From positions 56,110,001 to 56,174,000 of the forward strand of contig OX597833.1 in NCBI GenBank assembly GCA_951406725.2: DNA of 64,000 bases, written 5' to 3'. Numbering within the stretch: the stretch's first letter is position 1; each line of letters begins with the position of its first letter. The translations under genes were made by a program, and so were the position numbers. Below the pieces are notes generated by a model that saw only the letters and a program-made list of their open reading frames with translations, did not search any database and was not told the DNA's origin. The DNA is from Octopus vulgaris (lineage: Eukaryota). Shown here piece by piece: positions 12,526-24,970 of this stretch.

Positions 12526-13237
12526 TAGGCGCAGGAGTGACTGTGTGGTAAGAAGCTTGCTTTCCAGCAACATGGTTCCAGGTTCAGTCCCATTGTGTGG
12601 TACCTTGGGCAAGTGTCTTCTACTATAGTTACGGGCCAACCAAAGCCTTGTGAGTGGATTTGGTAGACTGAAACTAAAAGACATGTATGTATGTATCAGC
12701 TGGATCTGACTAAACACACCAAATTGTCGGGAACGTACAGAATTGTTTAAAGATAAACAATTACACAGTGCTTCACTCAATAGATAAATCCTGAGTTTGC
12801 TTCATCTGGTTTCCAACAGCACACAGAGTTATATAATCAAGACATCATAAAGAAGAATGGAGAATTATGCATCTCCAAAATGTGGTTATTACATATTATT
12901 CTCATTAAATTTCATTTCATGAGAATAATAAATAAACCTTGAAGATTTTGTTCTTCATGACATCTATGTAAGTGTGTGTATGTATGTATATATATGTATG
13001 TATGTATGTACATGTATATATTCACACACATTACATTATTACATTAAAAATTTATGAGGTTTACAGCCCAGTAACTGTTCCAGAACAAACCACTCTCGTC
13101 CCACAAAAGAAAAATTACTGAGGCAATCCAAATACCTTTTTATCAGTATATTTGTCAATATTTACAAAGGGAGACCAACAGGAATCTGTTGGCTATGGGA
13201 CTAAAAAAGCCTTAAATCAGCCCATGTTTTGTGTGTG

Positions 13238-13273
<36 letters not shown>

Positions 13274-13376
13274 AGAGTAAACACATGAATATGAAACAAG
13301 TTGGAAAAAAGAGTACTCAAATACCAGTGGTAGAGTAATATGCTTTATTTAAAAGCAGCAGAAAATTCAACAAAAC

Positions 13377-13414
13377 CTGTTACTCGGAGTTTCACATTCC
13401 TGTTCATCGGACAG
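13377..13414 (-). ncRNA. minimal type I hammerhead ribozyme motif (U4C core)
   Basis: CTGT-CCGATGA-ACA(GGAA)TGT-GAAA-CTC(C)GAG-TA-ACAG: all three stems pair and the GUA cleavage triplet is present. Confidence 0.75.
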
Positions 13415-13430
13415 TTTTTTCTAGCAAAAA

Positions 13431-13468
13431 CTGTCCGACGAATGGGAACATGAAACTCAGAGTGACAG
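13431..13468 (+). ncRNA. minimal type I hammerhead motif, cleavage triplet mutated to GUG
   Basis: CTGT-CCGACGA-ATG(GGAA)CAT-GAAA-CTC(A)GAG-TG-ACAG. Confidence 0.65.
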
Positions 13469-13501
13469 GTTTTGTTGAATTTTCTGCTGCTTTTAAATAA
13501 A

Positions 13502-13547
<46 letters not shown>

Positions 13548-14879
13548 ACATATATATAGATATATGTACATATACCTAATAATTTGTGCATACAAAATTA
13601 TAAGAATGCTCAATACGTATATACTTTGGGTGGAAGTATCTAGGGTTTCAAATTTGTATCTAAATATTTCAGAGCTGGCAACAATAACCCATTGATTGCT
13701 GCAGTTATCTGAGTAGAAGGCTGAAACCCCAGTTGCAACACACACACTTGTGTATACTCACAAACACCCCCTCCCCCCGCCCACTTCACACAGTGTCTTC
13801 AGAATTCTTGAACTGGGATGGAAAATATGAATTTAAAAAGAAAAACAAGCACGCTGCCCACAAAACAGAAGATATGTTATTAAACTGTACATTTGTTACT
13901 CACTGAAATTACCAGCAACACACTTATTGTAGATGTGCAGCTTACTTTTGATGTGTCTCAAGAGAAACGGTTTCTCTTGGAGAAAGGCACAGCAGTAAAG
14001 CAACAGACAGATGCAAACACACACATACACACACACACAAGCATACACACAATCTCACAACACATATATAAAGTTCAATTCAAAAGCAGTGGTGAGCCTG
14101 CAATCATTTCGAAATGTTTAACTTTTACTGTTAAGATTCAAATTGATTTCTGATATAGGCATGAACATCTGATTTACAGAAGTGATTTTGGGGACAATAA
14201 AATTGTGCTATGTTCATGCCTTTCTCATAGGGTTAGCAATAGAAGCGAAGTGAAACTGCTACAACCGGGATAGTAAAAGTGTGTTATGAACTTGTTTTTA
14301 AGAGAACCTTTACTTCAATTCAACATTGCTTGCCACCTTGTTAATTTTGAAATTAATTAGAGAAATTGCCATTATTAATTTTAAAAAATTTTGTGCATAT
14401 GTGAATATTTTTGGATATTTTTTTTTCTGCGTGTGTATGTGTTTGTGCTTTCAGTGAAGAGATTTAATTCATTAACACAGCATGAACGGAAAAAAAAAAA
14501 CAACATAATATTGTATTTGTTCAAATAAAATTCCATTACTTGATTATGTTTTCTTTTTTTTTTTTTTCTTTTGAAAAACACACAACAGCAGCAGTAACAC
14601 AAGACAAACAAATCTAAAAAAAAAATAATAAAAAGTGATGAATTAATGCGGCAAAGATGAAAATTATTTCTAAGACAACACAAAATGATAATGAAAATAA
14701 TGATAAAGATTCCCTTTGATGATAATGATGATGATGATGGTGAAGATGAGGTAGATGATGGTAACGATGATGATGATGATGATGATGAAGATGTAGGTGA
14801 ATGATTTCTTTTGGCTAGGCTTCAGGCCAATTTCTTTTCACAGGCAGATTGGAGTATAGCTGACTAAGTCAGTGATAGT

Positions 14880-14964
14880 ATGTATGTATACACACACAAT
14901 GTATGTATATAGATATATATATACATACATACATATATATATGTATCAATATATATCTGTATAA

Positions 14965-15015
<51 letters not shown>

Positions 15016-15441
15016 TACATGTATATATATATATACATATGTATGCCTATATATGTATACTTACACACACACATATATATAAATATAAATATGTATGTAT
15101 ATATGTATACATATATATGTATGTCTACATATATCCATATATATGTATGTATACATATATTCATATATATATGCATATGTATATACATATGTATAGGTAT
15201 GTATATATATATGCACATATATATATATGCATATGTATATAATGTATATATGTGTATATGTGTGTGTATGCGTATATATATATATATATATATATATATA
15301 AGCATATATATATATAATATATATGTGTATGTATATATGCATATATTCATATGTATATTCATACACATATATATGTGCATGTGTATATATATATGAATGT
15401 GTGTGTGTGTGTATATATATATGTATATGTATATATATATA
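14880..15441. repeat. (TA)n/(TG)n compound microsatellite
   Basis: Directly visible. Confidence 0.95.
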
Positions 15442-15596
15442 GTTTATGAGAGGTAATGGTGTCAATAATACCTAGAGGTGTCAGGTAATGCTGTGTAAGT
15501 GCTATGGACAGACTATAGTTAAGCTCCAGGTTCGGTAATTATGCGAATGAGGAGTCCAACATAGGTCATATATCAGCACATGTGTATATAAAAAAT

Positions 15597-15878
15597 ATTT
15601 TCAGAATGAGATAAAAAAAAACCAAGGGTGTGAAAAATTTTAGAACATTTATAAATAGAAGGTCTTACAGCTGTTTCAGGATATTTTATATATCACTTCA
15701 TTGGAAACAGTGTGTGAGAACATGGTTAAGCAATAGTTATTTTAGATAAGATATGAAACCATTTTCTCACACCATCTCTGATGAAGGGATATATAAAATA
15801 TCCTGGAAACAGCTGTAAGGCCTATTTATAAATGTTCTAAAATATTTCACAGCCTTGGATTTTATCTCTTTCTGAAAA
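15597..15878. repeat. ~130-bp-arm inverted repeat, Penelope-like terminal repeat family (also 43472-43620 and 61920-62060)
   Basis: TTTTCAGAA...GGTCTTACAGCTGTTTCAGGATAT...GTGTGAGAA mirrored by TTCTCACAC...ATATCCTGGAAACAGCTGTAAGG...TTCTGAAAA. Confidence 0.8.
15774..15821 (+). ncRNA. minimal hammerhead motif with canonical CTGATGA core
   Basis: ATCT-CTGATGA-a-GGGATAT(ATAAA)ATATCCT-g-GAAA-CAGCTG-TA-AGGC; stem III is the palindrome CAGCTG. The inverted partner at 15662-15708 has core CCAATGA. Confidence 0.7.
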
Positions 15879-16079
15879 TTTGTTCCTCTCTAGAATTTGT
15901 CAAATACAAAATACAATTTAGTGAATGTACAAACAACTTGTTCATTTTTTCTCAATGTTCAGTTCTGTACATCACACCTAACACTCTATACATATATATA
16001 TGATGATGATGATGATGATATATATATATATATATATGTATATGTATGTATATATATATATCTATATATACATAGATAT

Positions 16080-16149
<70 letters not shown>

Positions 16150-16576
16150 ATGTATTAGTGTGTGTGTGTTACTAAGTATATTATCAATCCATGATGAATG
16201 GACAGTAAAAACCAAATCAAATTCTGGTAGGATCTGAACTGAGAACACAGAAAAACAAACAAAACTAGATACTCTCAGGAAACATTCCATTGTTTCTGCC
16301 ACTCTACCAGCTGAGCCAAGAATAATATTGATGATGATATCTGCCATTGGCTCAGTGAAAAATGGCATTTTTCAATGGCAGGGATCTTGTGGGAAGGGAT
16401 ATTTTTGGGCTTATCAGGCCTTGAACTTGACTTAGTTCTTATTCTCAGAATATGGACCTCAGAAGAATGAAACGCTAAAGTCAACCTTAGTGGGTTCTGA
16501 ACACAAGAGCTTAACAAAATTCCACAAAGAATTTTGATGGAAATCTTTACCAATTCTGCCATCCACCATCTTTATG

Positions 16577-16614
<38 letters not shown>

Positions 16615-16637
16615 TGTAGTAGTAATAATAATAATCA

Positions 16638-17036
16638 AGCAAATATAAAGATCTGGAAATAGAAATCAGCAAAATGCGGAACCTGAAGACTAAAACAATA
16701 CCTGTTGTCATAGGTGCCCTGGGAATTATAGCAAAAGGGGCTGATTGCTACCTAACTCAGATACCAGGAACCCCCAAAATGCCAGAAATTTAAAAGATAG
16801 TGCTCATGGGAACTGCTCATATCCTACGCAAAATACTTTCTTTGTAATTTCAAGTTTTAAAACAAACATAATTTTTGTATGGTTTTTTTAGGTATTCACT
16901 AGTACAACACTAAGTACAAAACCAAATATATGGCACCCTAGGCATAACACCAACATAAACTTCCAACTTGTTGTCTCTTGAGGTCTCTGGGTGAGACTTG
17001 GAGCCAGCTTGTGCAAATGTAGAGCAAACGGCAAAC

Positions 17037-17087
<51 letters not shown>

Positions 17088-17248
17088 CAACAACAACAAT
17101 AATAATACTAGTACAACACTAAGTACAAAACCAAATATATGGCACCCTAGGCATAACACAAGCATGAACTTCCAACTTGTTGTCTCTTGAGGTCTCTGGG
17201 TGAGACTTGGAGCCAGTTTGTGCAAATGTAAAGCAAAAGTCAAACATA

Positions 17249-17308
<60 letters not shown>

Positions 17309-17310
17309 TA
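16638..17310 (+). mobile_element. R4/Dong-clade non-LTR retrotransposon 3' end with duplicated 3' UTR
   Basis: 16638-16847 reads SKYKDLEIEISKMRNLKTKTIPVVIGALGIIAKG...*KIVLMGTAHILRKILSL-stop, like a restriction-like-endonuclease C-terminus; the UTR plus (TAA)n tail occurs twice. Confidence 0.75.
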
Positions 17311-18033
17311 TTGATGATAACCAATGGTAATAGATAAAAAAATATCCCTGTCATTGAACTTCAAAAACCTGTAAATACATTTGTTATGTGCGTATGTAAC
17401 AGTGAGAGGCAAGAGCAGATAAGGAAATAACAAACAGCAATGGCTTAGTCAGATACACAATAATCACGTACACAAATACAAAAGTGGAGACAACACATTG
17501 ATTGACAAGCCATTGTGGGAGCCTGTACGAAATCAGTCGACCTGCTAGAAATGGCAGCCAAATCTCCTGCATATCATACCTATCGTCTTTAAACAGGAAG
17601 AACAAATGTGATAACCATAGTCTTGGATCACATTATGTCTGAAAAAGACAAAAAAGTGGGGGGTGGGAATGGTTACCGTTGGACTGTCATGGATCATGGA
17701 TTGGCCCAATCAGAGATAACCTGAGGCTAAGCAACAACAGCATTACCACCATGCTAATTAACAAGCCAATGAGGAAACTTTTACATGGTCACTGGTCTTG
17801 TTAAAAGTACACCTAAATTACACCAAACACTTACTGTCTTAAGTGAGAAGAATACATTTGATAATGAAGTATTAGAAACGATATCTCAATGATAAAGTGG
17901 AATGCTCATAATGGAATATATATATATATATATATATATAGGGAGAGTTTACGAAAAAAATGACAAAAGACGAAGACAGGTGGTGTACAAAACAAACAGA
18001 TGTATTAGTATAAAGCTCAGGAATTGAAAAAGT

Positions 18034-18069
18034 CTTTTACGTTTCGAGCCTACGCTCTTCTACAGAAAG
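18034..18069 (-). ncRNA. hammerhead-like motif (A6U core plus one extra base)
   Basis: CTTT-CTGTAGA-a-GAGC(GTAG)GCTC-GAAA-CG-TA-AAAG, inside a ~215-bp element (17941-18157) flanked by (TA)n. Confidence 0.55.
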
Positions 18070-19017
18070 GGACACAGAAAAAAACAAGGAGAGAAAAAAT
18101 GTGTGTAGTGGCTAACGATCTATCATGGTGACTGACTGCCAGATAGAAGGGTCACAATATATATATATATATATATATATACATAAATATGTATGTATAG
18201 TGTTGGATGATGGAAAGCAAGCAGAACCTTCCAAGTCACTCTCAACCTTTTCCTCGTTAAAATTTTTAAAATGTATTTTGTTAAAAAGTATTGTGTAATC
18301 CTTCAGTTTTATGTTAAATCCTTTTTATATATAACTTCAGGTAAAAATAAACATACATACATACATACATACTTGGAAGTGGATGCGTGGCATCCGATGA
18401 TATAATAACAAATTAATATATAAAACATAGGCATATATACATACATATATGTACATACCTACATCTATATGTATATATACATGCATATATGGGTACAGGA
18501 CACCAAAAAAACGTTGAACACAATGAGAAACGAAAACATAAAAACAAAAACATGGAAACAGACTTTTTTTCAAGTAACAAAAAACAGAGTACAAGACATA
18601 CAACACAAGGAATATGCCCCTTCTTCAGTTGCCCCTGTTTCGGCTACTCCGCATTTCGAACATACATACATACATACATATAGAGGGAGAGAGGTAGACA
18701 AAGGTACATACATAGATATACATACATGCTTGTGCACACACACACACAAACACACACACATCTAACCCCATAAGCTCAATCCATTTTTGAGATTATATCA
18801 TTAAACTCCAATGCAATGATTCCCCAAACAGTTTTCTGTGACATACAGGTGTGTTGCAAGAAATCCTAGATCCACTACAATATTTTTGAACATTTAGAAA
18901 ATTGTAATAGTTATTAGTTAATCAATTATAAAACTAATATTGCAGCGTGGAAGGTGTTTATAAGCCACTTAAGAAACACACAAAAACCGTTACATTCACT
19001 TCAACATTTAAATTTAA

Positions 19018-19068
19018 TTTGTCAAAATATTTTCTTCACTTTGAGACCGTGAACTGTTCACTGACAAA
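19018..19068 (-). ncRNA. hammerhead-like motif with G3-C8 core
   Basis: TTTGTCA-GTGAACA-g-TTCAC(GGTCTCAAA)GTGAA-GAAA-ATAT-TT-TGACAAA: 7-bp stem I, 5-bp stem II, palindromic stem III. Confidence 0.65.
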
Positions 19069-19237
19069 ATTCCAGCACGGAATCCGTGTTTGTCTGTATG
19101 TGTGTCTGTGTGTGTATTGTGTGTGAGTGGCGTTACATGACAATTTAAACTAACTACTGATGAAACTACAAAGTCAATTTCAATATAATCAGACACACAC
19201 ACACACAATTTCTAACAGAATTTTAGATGTCTTTCAG

Positions 19238-19354
19238 GTTTCATGCTGACAAAAATCAACAATTATTCATCCAGAATTCAAATCACAAATCAACTACAAT
19301 GGTAGAGTGTTATTTGTTGGTTTGAATAATGTTGGTTTCTGTCAGCATGAAACC
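19238..19354. repeat. inverted repeat with eroded hammerhead-like halves
   Basis: GGTTTCATGCTGACAAAAATCAACAATTATTCA mirrored by TGAATAATGTTGGTTTCTGTCAGCATGAAACC; the right arm continues GAAA-CCT(T)AGG-TT. Confidence 0.6.
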
Positions 19355-20689
19355 TTAGGTTCCAGAAGAATAACAAAATTTTTATTAAAAGGAATTGATC
19401 TTTCAAGTATTGAAAACTCATTTATTATTCCAATTTGTTAGTAATCAGTGTGTATGTATGTGTGTATATATATGTACACACACACACACAGAGAGGTTAT
19501 ATAGATGGATCTGCACACATACTAATACATACATATACACACACATAACCATAGGTGAATATATATATATATATATACATACATACATACACACGCACAC
19601 GCACATACATATATATATACACATATAATATAAATAATAAAATGGAGAAACAAATTTGGTTTTACTTTACCAACAATATATTGGATAAATGATATCCCAT
19701 AGTGGGTTACGGGTTACACCCATAACCCCTATCTTACTTTGTACTATATATATATATATATATATAGCTTTTCTTATACAAATATACATATTTATCATTA
19801 TACACACATATATATTCATTTATATATGAAGTATGTGTGTGTCGTGTGTGTATATATACATATATATGTGTGTGTGTGTATATATATATATATATACACT
19901 CTTTTACTGGTTTAAGTCAATTGGCTGTGGCCATGCTGGAGCACAGCCATATGTTTACATATAATTACTTACACACATATGCACATTCAGAAAAAGCATG
20001 TATGTACAAATGAATTTGTGAGCATCAAAGTATCATTCGATTGGTTGTAAGAGAACAAACCTCGAAGAGGTTACTGAGAAACTGATAGCATTGATAGTTG
20101 AGATTCTTGTCTGACCAACTGCTGAGGTTAATGAATGCATAATAATATTAGTAGTGCTACAATTGTTTAAAATTTCAAAGACAGAAAAACTAGACAGTCA
20201 TGCTATGAAGATATTTTCATAACTGACATATTATAATTTCTGTGATTGCTCAATAAAAGCCATGAATATATGAAAATATCAAACAGGAAATAGTTAAATA
20301 CCACAGCCACTGATACAAGAGTATTAAAATCAATTAATATTTTTAATTCCAATTTAATCATTAAAATACTATCTCTACAAATTTGGGGAGGAAAAAATAT
20401 CAAATTCATAAAAATATATATATAATTGAATGCTAGATAAAGATAAATAAAGGCATATATATATATAAGATTGAGTGAAGATGAAAAAGAGGTTGGATGA
20501 GCTAATACAGTGCTTATAAATATGAATGGTTCAATGAAAGGAATAGCTGTCCCTTAAGACATTTGTCAGCGTGATGGTCACTTAACAGAACAAATAAATC
20601 AGCGAGCAAATAATGTCACCTTTTGATAAGTATAAATGAGGGCAGAGATGGAGCTAAGCTGATACAAAGTATAAAGTAGTGAATATACA

Positions 20690-20902
20690 TATTATATATA
20701 CATACATACATACATATATATATATATATAAATATATATACATATATAAATAAATATACATATATAAATATATATACATATATAAATATATATACATATA
20801 TAAATATATATATACATATATAAATATATATATAAATATATATGCATATATGAATATATATGCATATATAAATATATATACATATATATGTACATATATA
20901 TG

Positions 20903-20934
<32 letters not shown>

Positions 20935-21017
20935 AATATATATATATAAATACATATATATGTATATAAATATATATATATACATATATATATATGTAAA
21001 TATATGTATATAAATAC

Positions 21018-21079
<62 letters not shown>

Positions 21080-21087
21080 AATATATG

Positions 21088-21130
<43 letters not shown>
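20690..21130. repeat. (TA)n-derived microsatellite/minisatellite
   Basis: Directly visible, includes an ~18-bp TATAAATATATATACATA unit. Confidence 0.95.
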
Positions 21131-21131
<1 letters not shown>

Positions 21132-21354
21132 AGTATATTTCTATGCACAGTTAAAATAGTATAGCTGCAAATTTACAGGTAAACAGACAGAAAAACTTAT
21201 GCACACAGATGAAACCTTTTCTTTCTAAATACTTTGTGCAATTTGGCATCGTACACCTACGTAACTCATGCAAGAATTGAAGAATATAGAACAGAATAGA
21301 ATGGCAAAACACCCATGGCAGTGATAGTAACAATAATGGCTTCAAGATTTTGCA

Positions 21355-21392
<38 letters not shown>

Positions 21393-21487
21393 AACTATTA
21401 TGACGATGATGATGATGATTATGATGATGATTATGATGATGATGATTATTGTTTGGAGAAAATGACGATGATGATGATGATGATGAC

Positions 21488-21526
<39 letters not shown>

Positions 21527-21635
21527 CGTTTGGAGAAAATGACGACGACGATGATGATGATGATGATGACGACGACGACGATGATGATGATCGTTTGGAG
21601 AAAATGACGATGATGATGATGATGATGATGAAAAT
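21355..21635. repeat. (TTA)n/(GAT)n trinucleotide array with repeated GTTTGGAGAAAATGAC interruptions
   Basis: Three copies of the interruption at about 21451, 21528 and 21593. Confidence 0.9.
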
Positions 21636-22803
21636 AAGCATAGTAGTGATTATAAGTATTGATAATGATGGTAGTGATTTTCAAACATGTATTGTTGCTT
21701 TGTCTTTGCTGCTGCTGCTGCTGCTGCTGTTGCTGTTGTTGTTGTTTTTTCCAAGTCATTAGGAGAATGTGATTTCTTTACTTTGTCGTCTTTAATGAAT
21801 CGGTTGGACGATGCAAATGCAAAATTGCTCAAGAGCAACGCTGCTTTGTGTGAAAGGGCAGACGTTATACTGTGTGAAGCCCGGGGAATAAAAATGTAAA
21901 TTTCAAACCTAACACAAGTGTGGCCAGGCTAATAATATTAATTAAAAAATCAACCAAGGCACTGTTAATGAACAAAAATGCTCAAAGCATTCTGTTCTTT
22001 TATTCCATTTTGTTATTTTTGTATTTTTTTGTTCCTTTTTCAATTTTAAACTCCACTTTTGCAAGTCAGTATGGCTTTTGAAATTGTGGTTATATTTGTA
22101 TATGATTTGCCAGAGCATGTACTGTTTTCCATATCTGGATGCCTCTTTCATGATGTTAACAATTGAACTGTGAAGTGGGAGTGTTAGTAGTACATGTTAT
22201 CAGTTATTATAACATGTAGTGGGAAGGACGATGTGCCGTCTCTAATGAACACCGATGGTTTGCTTAAGCCATGACACAACCTGTATAGACAGATAGTGAC
22301 AAAGACAGGATAACCATGGCAAGAACACAGACTGAGTAAGAATTTATAGATATTCTCTTGTTCTGTTATTGACTTTGCCTTCAAGGGTTTTAGTAACTAT
22401 TCTAGTTTGGTACTCATTTTATTGATTTATGGTTATTTAGTAGCAAAGTTACACTTTTTCACACAATGCCAGAAAAACAAAACTCAGATATGGTCACACA
22501 CACACTTAAAAACTTATACATGCATACATCATATATATGCATATATATCATCATCATCATCATTTAATGTCTATGTTCCATACTGATATGAATTGGGCAG
22601 TTTGACAAGGATCCGATGGGCTCAAGGACTGCATCATGCTCCTGTATCTGCTTTGGTATAGTTTCTATGGCCAGATGCCCTTCATAATGCTAACCACTTT
22701 AAAGTGTATACTGGGTACTTTTTTTTATACCACCAGCGCCATTGAGGTTCCCATGCACCTTGAATGTTTACAAAGCCTGAGGAGGTAGGGGGGCTTCTTT
22801 ATA

Positions 22804-22848
<45 letters not shown>

Positions 22849-22849
<1 letters not shown>

Positions 22850-23209
22850 GAGCAAATGCCTCCCGTCCAATGGACAGTGCTGAGTTGTCAAACATTTAAA
22901 CCAAATTTTCTCAAAACAACTTGTCCAACCATCCCATAGGCATCCCCTTTGAGAAACACTAATTTAACCTAAATTTGAGGCACCAGCAAAAGAAGAAATA
23001 AAGATAGACGTTTTTTCTATTCTGAAGAAAAACGATTTCCCACGGCTTTATCGATCACATTCTCACCTGGAATCGATTTTTGTAATTTTTTCAAGACTTA
23101 TACACGCCCTGATACCGTCGGTATCTACATATCAAATTTGAGCGCAATCGGATGGAGGATGCCCAAGATCCTAGAAGCCACACACACACAGAATGGATTT
23201 TATATAAGG
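22849..23209 (-). mobile_element. possible non-autonomous Helitron-like element
   Basis: The minus strand starts ...TATATAAAATCCATTCTGTGTGTG and ends with a short GTCCA/TGGAC hairpin followed by CTCG|T (CTAG-like). Confidence 0.45.
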
Positions 23210-23659
23210 TATATATATATATATATCATATGGGCTTCTGCAGTTTTTATTTATGAAAGGTATTGATCAATCTGAAGCATCAACCACATTCGACTGGGGC
23301 TTTTTACGTGCCACCGGCACAAGAGCCAGTCAGGGGGACACTGGCATCAACATTAAATATTATTTGGAATTGTATAAAAAATGTTGCTAAAATGTTTTGT
23401 GTATTGTAGAAGTATAATGAATTTATTGCACGTAAACTTTAACAACAAAATCTTATAGGGACCCATCACCCTTCCCAGGATCCTATGGGTCCCTGGTTGA
23501 GAAACACTGCTGTAAATGATCCCAAAATATATAAACTAAATTAAGATAACCATGAGAGATGCTCAAAATTTGGCAATTGAATGGTAGAGATGGAGGGGAA
23601 TTGGATGAAGGTCAAATTAAGGAGGAATGGAAGAAACTCAGTCCTTGCTTAAATGTTTC

Positions 23660-23692
<33 letters not shown>

Positions 23693-24326
23693 CTTTAGAA
23701 AAAGTTAAGCCTGGAAGCTGTACAACCAGAAAAAGATGAACATTTATCAACTTTACAGTTTATAATTATCTTCTATTTATTTATTTATTAGACTGTGGCC
23801 ATGCTGGGGCACTGCCTTGAGGAATTTTACTCAAACTAATCAACCCCGGTACTTATTTTCTTTCTAAGCCTGGTACTTATTTTATTGGTATCTTTTGCCG
23901 AACTGTTAAGTTACAGGGACATAAACATACCAACACCAGTTCTCAAGCAGTGGTGGAAGGCAAATACAGACACAAAGACACACACACATTAGTACAGTTA
24001 TTCATCCATGTGCTAGAGTCCCTAAAAAGGGTCAGTTACTTGATCTCTCAGTGATCAGCAGCATCCATCAATGGGTGAAGACAGGGAACAGTTAATTATA
24101 TTGCTTCTAGTCCTAAAACTTATTTTATCAAAGAATAAAAAGGTGAAGTTGACCTCAGCAAGTTTTCAACACAGAATATGAAGAACAGTAGCTAAATATC
24201 CACAATGCGTTTTTGTCCAACACTCCAGAGATTCTGTTCTGCCAATCCACTTGCCTTTGGTCACTCTAGATAAATTTATACCAACCCTGTGTATTCATTT
24301 ACAGCTAGGTAAACTGAGCCGTTTAA

Positions 24327-24742
24327 CCCTTTAGTGTTCACATTATTCTGCCAAAATTAACCCTTTTTTATCCACATTGCTTTGAACTAATCAAGCATTA
24401 TCTTGTAGCTATGAGATTATGATGAGGTAGCTGTTAATTTTTAAAATGATATTGTAGGGTTAATGGTGAGGGACCAGATCTGGCCAGTTTGGACATAAAA
24501 CAGGCAGAATATTTCTGGCCAGATATACTCTTTGACTCTTTTACTTGTTTCAGTCATTTGACTGCGGCCATGCTGAAGCACCACCGTTAGTCGAGCAAAT
24601 CGACCCCGGGACTTATTCTTTGTAAGCCCAGTACTTATTCTATCGGTCTCTTTTGCCGAACCGCTAAGTGACGGGGATGTAAACACACCAGTATCGGTTG
24701 TCAAGCAATGCTAGGGGGACAAACACAGACACACAAACACAT

Positions 24743-24798
<56 letters not shown>

Positions 24799-24970
24799 GA
24801 CAGGCTTCTTTCAGTTTCCGTCTACCAAATCCACTCACAAGGCATTGGTCAGCCCGGGGCTATAGTAGAAGACACTTGCCCAAGATGCCACGCAGTGGGA
24901 CTGAACCCGAAACCATGTGGTTGGTTAGCAAGCTACTTACCACACAGCCACAGGTTTAAATGCTAAAGGG
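24327..24970. mobile_element. piggyBac-type MITE (second family) interrupted by a family A SINE (~24527-24949, minus)
   Basis: TTAA at 24323-24326 and 24971-24974, CCCTTTAG/CTAAAGGG ends; the uninterrupted relative is at 60190-60410. Confidence 0.8.

Larger units (their letters stand above)
13343..13502. repeat. ~75-bp-arm inverted repeat, Penelope-like terminal repeat remnant
   Basis: CTTTATTTAAAAGCAGCAGAAAATTCAACAAAACCTGT... mirrored by ...ACAGGTTTTGTTGAATTTTCTGCTGCTTTTAAATAAAG; the element (from ~13271) sits between (TA)n tracts. Confidence 0.85.

Noticed and set aside
18610-18660. CTGAAGA and GAAA on the minus strand suggesting another hammerhead
   Set aside because: GAAA precedes the core and no consistent stems I-III could be drawn.
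21687-21899. 70-aa ORF ending ...MNRLDDANAKLLKSNAALCERADVILCEARGIKM
   Set aside because: It starts inside a (GCT)n repeat, with no supported splice or start context and no recognisable homology.
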